Below are positions 59,062 through 64,000 of a DNA stretch of 64,000 nt, piece by piece. Position numbers and translations under genes: made by a program. The notes below the pieces were generated by a model. It was given only the letters and a program-made list of their open reading frames with translations. It was not told where the DNA came from and searched no databases. Location: IMG/VR virus record IMGVR_UViG_3300028048_001599; one strand, given 5' to 3'. This DNA comes from a virus. Its lineage: Duplodnaviria > Heunggongvirae > Uroviricota > Caudoviricetes. Every line of letters starts with the position of its first letter. Position 1 is the stretch's first letter.

Positions 59062-60405
59062 ATGAAAAAGAACAACTTAATCGGGGTACTGACGATAGGT
59101 ATACTTGTAGTGGGTATAGCAGCCTGTGCTATTAGCAACCCCCCCTCAACTCCTAATGAAACTGACTCATCAATTTCATTAAGCAAAGACGAGGATGTCA
59201 GTGACACTGACACCAAAAGTTCCGAGGTTGACAAAGATATTGTTATAGAACAGCCAAAATCTAAAGAGTCATCAAAACAAGAATCATCGTCTAAGGAAGA
59301 ATCGAAACAAGAATCGTCTAAGGAAGAATCGTCTAAGGAAGAATCGAAACAAGAGTCATCTAAGCAAGAGTCTAAGACAGAGGTTAAAGAATATAAAACA
59401 TATAGTTATGATACTCTTGCACGTAACCCTGATAAATACAGCGGGGAGCATATCAAGTTATATGGTGAAGTAATTCAAGTACAGGAATCGGATTCTTGGT
59501 TCAGTGATGACACAAGTGTAGAATTACGTGTTGATATGACACCTACAAAGAGTAGCTATGCAAAAAGTGGGTTCAATTGGGATGACACTGTATATGTAAA
59601 ATATACTTATAAATCTGACGAGGATAAGATACTTGAAGACGACATAGTAGAAATTAGGGGTACTATATATGGTTCCTACTCATACACATCAGTATTAGGT
59701 AATTCAATAACACTACCACGTATTGATGCTGACTCCGTAAGAGTAATAACTGACTATTCAAATATTCCATTTACAACAAGTAATGGTGAAACCGTAAAAG
59801 AGTCAGATGTAAAATATGAAATAATTGACCAATATTTTAACACATATAATAGTTCTTACAGTGACTCATTATATTATTCAGGGTGGGTAGCCATTAAGAA
59901 TACTGGTAAAGTTGATATTTACATAGATGATTGCACATTTGACATTGAGGACACTAATGGTAGTCTGATTTTAAATGATTCTTATACTCGCAAGTGTCCT
60001 AATGTAATAAAAGCAGGGCAAGTAGGTTACTGTTATAGTTATAATGACTTACCCGAAGAAGCCAAAGGTAAATCATTATGGTTAAACCCTAACGTGAAAG
60101 TTGAGCTAATAACAAAGGATGTTAAATATCATACTGTTTCAGATGAAAAGATAACAAGTAGTACTTACAGCAGAGAAATAGTTGGAAGAGTGACGAATAG
60201 TTCTTCTGAAGAGGAAGACATTTACATAGACTATCAGCTATTTGATACAAATGGTAGATTTTTGTGGGGTGGTCAGGTGTCTGTTTATGACGTAGCTGCA
60301 AATAACACACAAAGTTTTTCAGAGAGGATATCCTTGCCTGCTGATTTAGATAAAAAGCAAATAGGTTCGTTTAAGTGTATAGCGATGACCAACTATTACC
60401 AGTGA
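59062..60405 (+). CDS. lipoprotein with an ESSK-repeat linker, an OB-like domain and FxLYD-type Ig domains
   Basis: Lipobox IAAC; YDTLARNPDKYSGE.IK.YGEVIQV; GRVTN...YQLFDTNG. Confidence 0.8.
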   Translation: MKKNNLIGVLTIGILVVGIAACAISNPPSTPNETDSSISLSKDEDVSDTDTKSSEVDKDIVIEQPKSKESSKQESSSKEESKQESSKEESSKEESKQESSKQESKTEVKEYKTYSYDTLARNPDKYSGEHIKLYGEVIQVQESDSWFSDDTSVELRVDMTPTKSSYAKSGFNWDDTVYVKYTYKSDEDKILEDDIVEIRGTIYGSYSYTSVLGNSITLPRIDADSVRVITDYSNIPFTTSNGETVKESDVKYEIIDQYFNTYNSSYSDSLYYSGWVAIKNTGKVDIYIDDCTFDIEDTNGSLILNDSYTRKCPNVIKAGQVGYCYSYNDLPEEAKGKSLWLNPNVKVELITKDVKYHTVSDEKITSSTYSREIVGRVTNSSSEEEDIYIDYQLFDTNGRFLWGGQVSVYDVAANNTQSFSERISLPADLDKKQIGSFKCIAMTNYYQ

Positions 60406-60470
60406 TTAGTAAACTTATTTTTATGTATGTATGCATAGAGATAATCAATCCTTTCTGGAGGTGAATAATA

Positions 60471-60719
60471 ATGCTATTAAATAAAATATTAAACGACAGT
60501 AAGCATATGGCAGGTAAAAAAGTACCCTTGTTATGTAGGATATTTTCATTACTTGTTCTATTATTAGAATCTTTTGATTTACTTTGCTATATGATTAATG
60601 TTAGATTTATATGGATGGCTGAAATGCAAAACATTAGTATTGCGATTTTTATATATTTGATGTTAGTATATTCTACATTTGTTTTCATATTTATACCATT
60701 GCCGAAGTATAATTGTTAG
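60471..60719 (+). CDS. small membrane protein
   Basis: 82 aa, RBS GGAGGTG, two TMs. Confidence 0.65.
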   Translation: MLLNKILNDSKHMAGKKVPLLCRIFSLLVLLLESFDLLCYMINVRFIWMAEMQNISIAIFIYLMLVYSTFVFIFIPLPKYNC

Positions 60720-60770
60720 TTATAATGTGAGTTTTTTTATATATATTATTACAGAGAATAAATAAGGCTA

Positions 60771-60870
60771 CTAAAATATGTTTCAAAACCAGTATCAAAA
60801 CTTCCTATTACATATAAAAATAAAACAATACATTGAATTATAATATTTATAAAATGTAGTAATACAGAAG
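60771..60870. repeat. ~100-bp direct repeat, copy 2
   Basis: Matches 56191-56290. Confidence 0.9.
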
Positions 60871-61305
60871 TTAAAATTATAAATTAAATAAGACTATAAT
60901 AGATGCTATGTATAATAAAATACATATTGAGCAAGTAATTAACCTTCGTTTATAAAATTGTCTATCTTCATTTGAGAATACTGTTATATAAGATTTAAGA
61001 TTTTTTATAAATATTACTATACTTAATGTACTGGTGATTTATTTGTAGTATTACCATTAATAGTAATAACATATGGGGTAGTAGGCTTATTATATTATAG
61101 TAGACATAAAACATATGGGGATAAAAAATAACTACTTTGAGGTGATATTTATGAATGTAAGAAAAGCGATAGATATAGTCAAGGCATTATACAAGTTCGG
61201 GGTAATACCGATGACATTGTTTATATTAGGGATATCACCATTTTCCGATTGTAGCATTGTTTAATTGTAGTATTGAGGACTTAATAGGGGAAATGAGGTA
61301 ATACT

Positions 61306-61569
61306 ATGAAACATAAAGAAAACATAGATTTAGTATTGCAGACTGTAGCTAATGATATGACATGTGAGTTAATTAATGATATACTAAATTATTACAATTG
61401 TACATTTGATGATGTTGATAGACTTTTCAGGAAAATGGACTACTGGAAGGTTATAAATGATGATAAAGTTATGTGTGTTATGGCACACGACTATAATTTT
61501 GAAAGATTTAGGAAGGACTTGGAAAGGATAGGTGCTATAAATGAACTTATATCACGGGACAATCTATAA
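61306..61569 (+). CDS. small helical protein (DUF3791-like partner of DUF3990)
   Basis: 87 aa, RBS GAGG; overlaps the start of the DUF3990-like ORF. Confidence 0.5.
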   Translation: MKHKENIDLVLQTVANDMTCELINDILNYYNCTFDDVDRLFRKMDYWKVINDDKVMCVMAHDYNFERFRKDLERIGAINELISRDNL

Positions 61570-61696
61570 ATTCAAACAGTTTGACATAGGGTTCGCAGAG
61601 GAATACAAGGATTTTGGGCTTGGTATGTATTTAGCTACTCAGTTAGGACATGCTAGGTGGTATGCGAATCGCATGGGAGTTACGTTTGGAATATGA
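61541..61696 (+). pseudogene. truncated DUF3990-like (ADP-ribosyltransferase fold) gene
   Basis: Hand translation MNLYHGT...KDFGLGMYLAT...ARWYA stops after 51 aa. Confidence 0.7.
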
Positions 61697-61917
61697 CCAT
61701 AGCCCTAAGTGGTTCATGTCGCCGTTTGATATGTAATCACTGCATAACCAATCAAACAAATCAAAGAACGAGCCATCAACAATAACATTGGTGGCTCTTC
61801 TTTATTACATCAAAATCAAATCAGGTACTATGTTCTATAATATATAAATGAATAATGGGATAATTTTGTCATCGTATAGCATTATTCATAAATTGAAACA
61901 AAGAAAGGGGCAACAAA

Positions 61918-63768
61918 ATGATAAAGTTAAAACAGACAATCACAGCTTGTCTACTATCGGCAATATTGGTATCTGCTATTGCCCTACCTGCATTTGCAGT
62001 GGACGAATCAGTAGACCAAACTCCGGTGGTAGTTGACGAGCAAGTAGAGAAAAACAGTGATACAGGGGGTACACAGGACAGTGAGGTTCCTGTTGATACA
62101 CCCGCAGACGAACCGGTAGATACGCCTGCTGACGAACCCACAGACGAGCCAACAGATAAATCTGTTGACGAATCTTCACAAACATCAGAAAAATCAGAAA
62201 TATCTGTAGTTTCCGATACACCTACAGATGAATCTGAAGACACATCGTCAACACCCGAATCAAAGCAGGAATCACAGGAAGAGGACAGCAAGGAAGAATC
62301 TGAGGTTTCAGAGGAATCCTCAAAACAAGAGATAAATACAGGTGAACAACTAATCTATTTTTACATAGATTTAGGCGGTGAATACGGAAAATGTTCATGG
62401 AGTAAGGATTTAGGTTATTTAACTTTTGCAAATGTGAAATGTACAGTATATAAGTCTGATGGTAAGACACAAATAGCTTCATTCAAGCTTGAAGATAGGT
62501 TATTTGACAGTACAGTAGACAATCGTTATACAATATCACGAAGCGTAAAGGTTCCTGAATGGAAAAAAGGTACTTATTATATTTTAAGATTTGAGAATCT
62601 ACCTTCGATTTATCCAAGTTCCACACAGGAGATTAAGTTGGTATATAAATCCGATGAAGTAGGTATGCCTTTAGGTACTTCTGAAGAAGATAGTATGTTA
62701 TTAAAGTTGATACCAAATAATTTCAACTCTTTGTTTTATGTATACGATAAAAATGGTACGCCTATTTATAATGCAAAGGTTGATGTCAAGGGTTATGATG
62801 ATGATGGTAATTTAGTTTACTCGAAGTCAACGACATCTAAAAAAGACGGGGTAGCATCTTTATTTATAAATAATTCTGATGTTGGTATCTTAAAAATTTC
62901 TGTACCTTCAATATTAAACAAGTCCGTTGTAACTGGTACAGTTCAAGGATTTTTTAATTTTGCAGCAAATACTTCTGAATATCCTAGTGTTACGGTTTTA
63001 AAGGCTGATGCTAATTATGATGGAAAAATAAGAACTGCTGATGGTACAGTAGTTCAAGAAGGCTGTTCAGTACCATTCACAGTTGAATACAAGTCAGCGA
63101 ATGATATGCTTCTATTTAAGCATACAACAGTAAACGTAAGTCTATATGACAGAACTTCCGCATTTAACAGTATTGTTTTATCACCTGAAAATAAGACAGA
63201 GGAATTTTCCTTAGCCGAGGGTTCAAAATATACTGTAAAGGCACTGAATATTCCTGATTATTCATTGTCAGTTTCACCTACAACATTGACAGTTTCAAAG
63301 AGTGCAAAAGTAACTGTAACAGCAACACCTCAAATGTCATTAAAAGTAATAAATGAAAGGAATGGGGTAAAGAACAATGCACATTTTGAAATTTTAGGTT
63401 ATGGTAAACAATTTAATGAGCAAGCACATGTTTTTTCAGTTAATTATGACCAGGGTTTATCAATTAAAAACCTTGATAACGGTGAAGTATTTGAATTATT
63501 TATAGGTGCATATAAAGAAACAGTACTTAACATAGCTGATTGGACAGTACAGCAAAATGGTTTCATTAAAATAGATTATTCCGAAGACACTCCAAACACA
63601 TCGTCATCTGCTGGTTACACAGATTCAAATGTAATCACAACGGTGCCGAAGACAGGTGATACAATCTTGGGGGTAGGTTTAGCTCTATGTGGTTTAACTA
63701 TTTTGTCTTTCACAGGTTATCAATACTATAAGAGAAAGGGGAAAAAGTACAATGAGAGTAAGAAATAA
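61918..63768 (+). CDS. sortase-anchored surface protein
   Basis: Signal peptide (AFA|V), acidic DTPADEP repeats, beta-rich domains, VPKTG + TM + KRKGKK. Confidence 0.85.
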   Translation: MIKLKQTITACLLSAILVSAIALPAFAVDESVDQTPVVVDEQVEKNSDTGGTQDSEVPVDTPADEPVDTPADEPTDEPTDKSVDESSQTSEKSEISVVSDTPTDESEDTSSTPESKQESQEEDSKEESEVSEESSKQEINTGEQLIYFYIDLGGEYGKCSWSKDLGYLTFANVKCTVYKSDGKTQIASFKLEDRLFDSTVDNRYTISRSVKVPEWKKGTYYILRFENLPSIYPSSTQEIKLVYKSDEVGMPLGTSEEDSMLLKLIPNNFNSLFYVYDKNGTPIYNAKVDVKGYDDDGNLVYSKSTTSKKDGVASLFINNSDVGILKISVPSILNKSVVTGTVQGFFNFAANTSEYPSVTVLKADANYDGKIRTADGTVVQEGCSVPFTVEYKSANDMLLFKHTTVNVSLYDRTSAFNSIVLSPENKTEEFSLAEGSKYTVKALNIPDYSLSVSPTTLTVSKSAKVTVTATPQMSLKVINERNGVKNNAHFEILGYGKQFNEQAHVFSVNYDQGLSIKNLDNGEVFELFIGAYKETVLNIADWTVQQNGFIKIDYSEDTPNTSSSAGYTDSNVITTVPKTGDTILGVGLALCGLTILSFTGYQYYKRKGKKYNESKK

Positions 63769-64000
63769 CATTTTCAAAAGGGTACTTTCATCTATTCTTG
63801 CACTAACAATGATAGTTGCAATAGCACCTATAGACTTGACAGTACTTGCTGCGTCAGGTGGTTCAGGTAATGCAGGATCAAGTTCTGGTGGTGCAGGTAA
63901 ATATTGGTTACAAGATGGTTATGACATAATAAAAATTTCTGTTTCAAAAATAGATGATGATTCATCAATTAAGAATATGACAAGTCTAAACTATAGATAC
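63752..64000 (+). CDS. secreted protein, N-terminus only (runs off the window)
   Basis: MRVRNNIFKRVLSSILALTMIVAIAP...VLA|ASGGSG signal peptide; open to the window end. Confidence 0.7.
   Translation, partial: MRVRNNIFKRVLSSILALTMIVAIAPIDLTVLAASGGSGNAGSSSGGAGKYWLQDGYDIIKISVSKIDDDSSIKNMTSLNYRY

Noticed and set aside
1-64000. Stop-codon reassignment
   Set aside because: Code 11 gives dense, full-length genes ending in TAA, TGA and TAG.
1-64000. tRNA/rRNA genes
   Set aside because: No cloverleaf or T-loop signature and no rRNA-like GC-rich segment was recognised by eye. tRNAscan-SE would be decisive.

Overview
This AT-rich 64-kb window (about 30-33% GC by eye) has almost all genes on the + strand. 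It looks like part of a very large mobile replicon (megaplasmid or jumbo-phage-like element) of a Bacillota/Clostridia host, not a chromosome: there are no rRNA, ribosomal-protein or central-metabolism genes, and no capsid, terminase or T4SS genes are recognisable. In order it holds: a 55-bp tandem array and AT-rich tract (origin- or centromere-like); a UvrD/PcrA helicase; phage-type accessory genes (double GNAT, dUTPase, TIGR02452 PARG, Zn/OB protein, NlpC/P60-like wall hydrolase); an IS607 (tnpA+tnpB) that splits a gene; an acidic-tail protein; a RecJ-like DHH nuclease; an atypical Tad/Flp pilus operon; a ParM-like actin module; a stand-alone 5'-3' exonuclease; an orphan IS607 right-end/omegaRNA copy fused to a 5'-truncated giant adhesin; a metallophosphoesterase; a nucleotidyltransferase; lipoproteins; a decaying patch of small membrane-protein paralogues with an IS200/IS605 tnpB element; a truncated DUF3990 gene; and sortase-type surface proteins. 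The strongest unexplained signal is the hexamer GGGGTA, about 110 copies on the + strand against about 1 on the - strand (hand count), independent of gene direction. All product calls come from reading motifs by eye, not from database searches.
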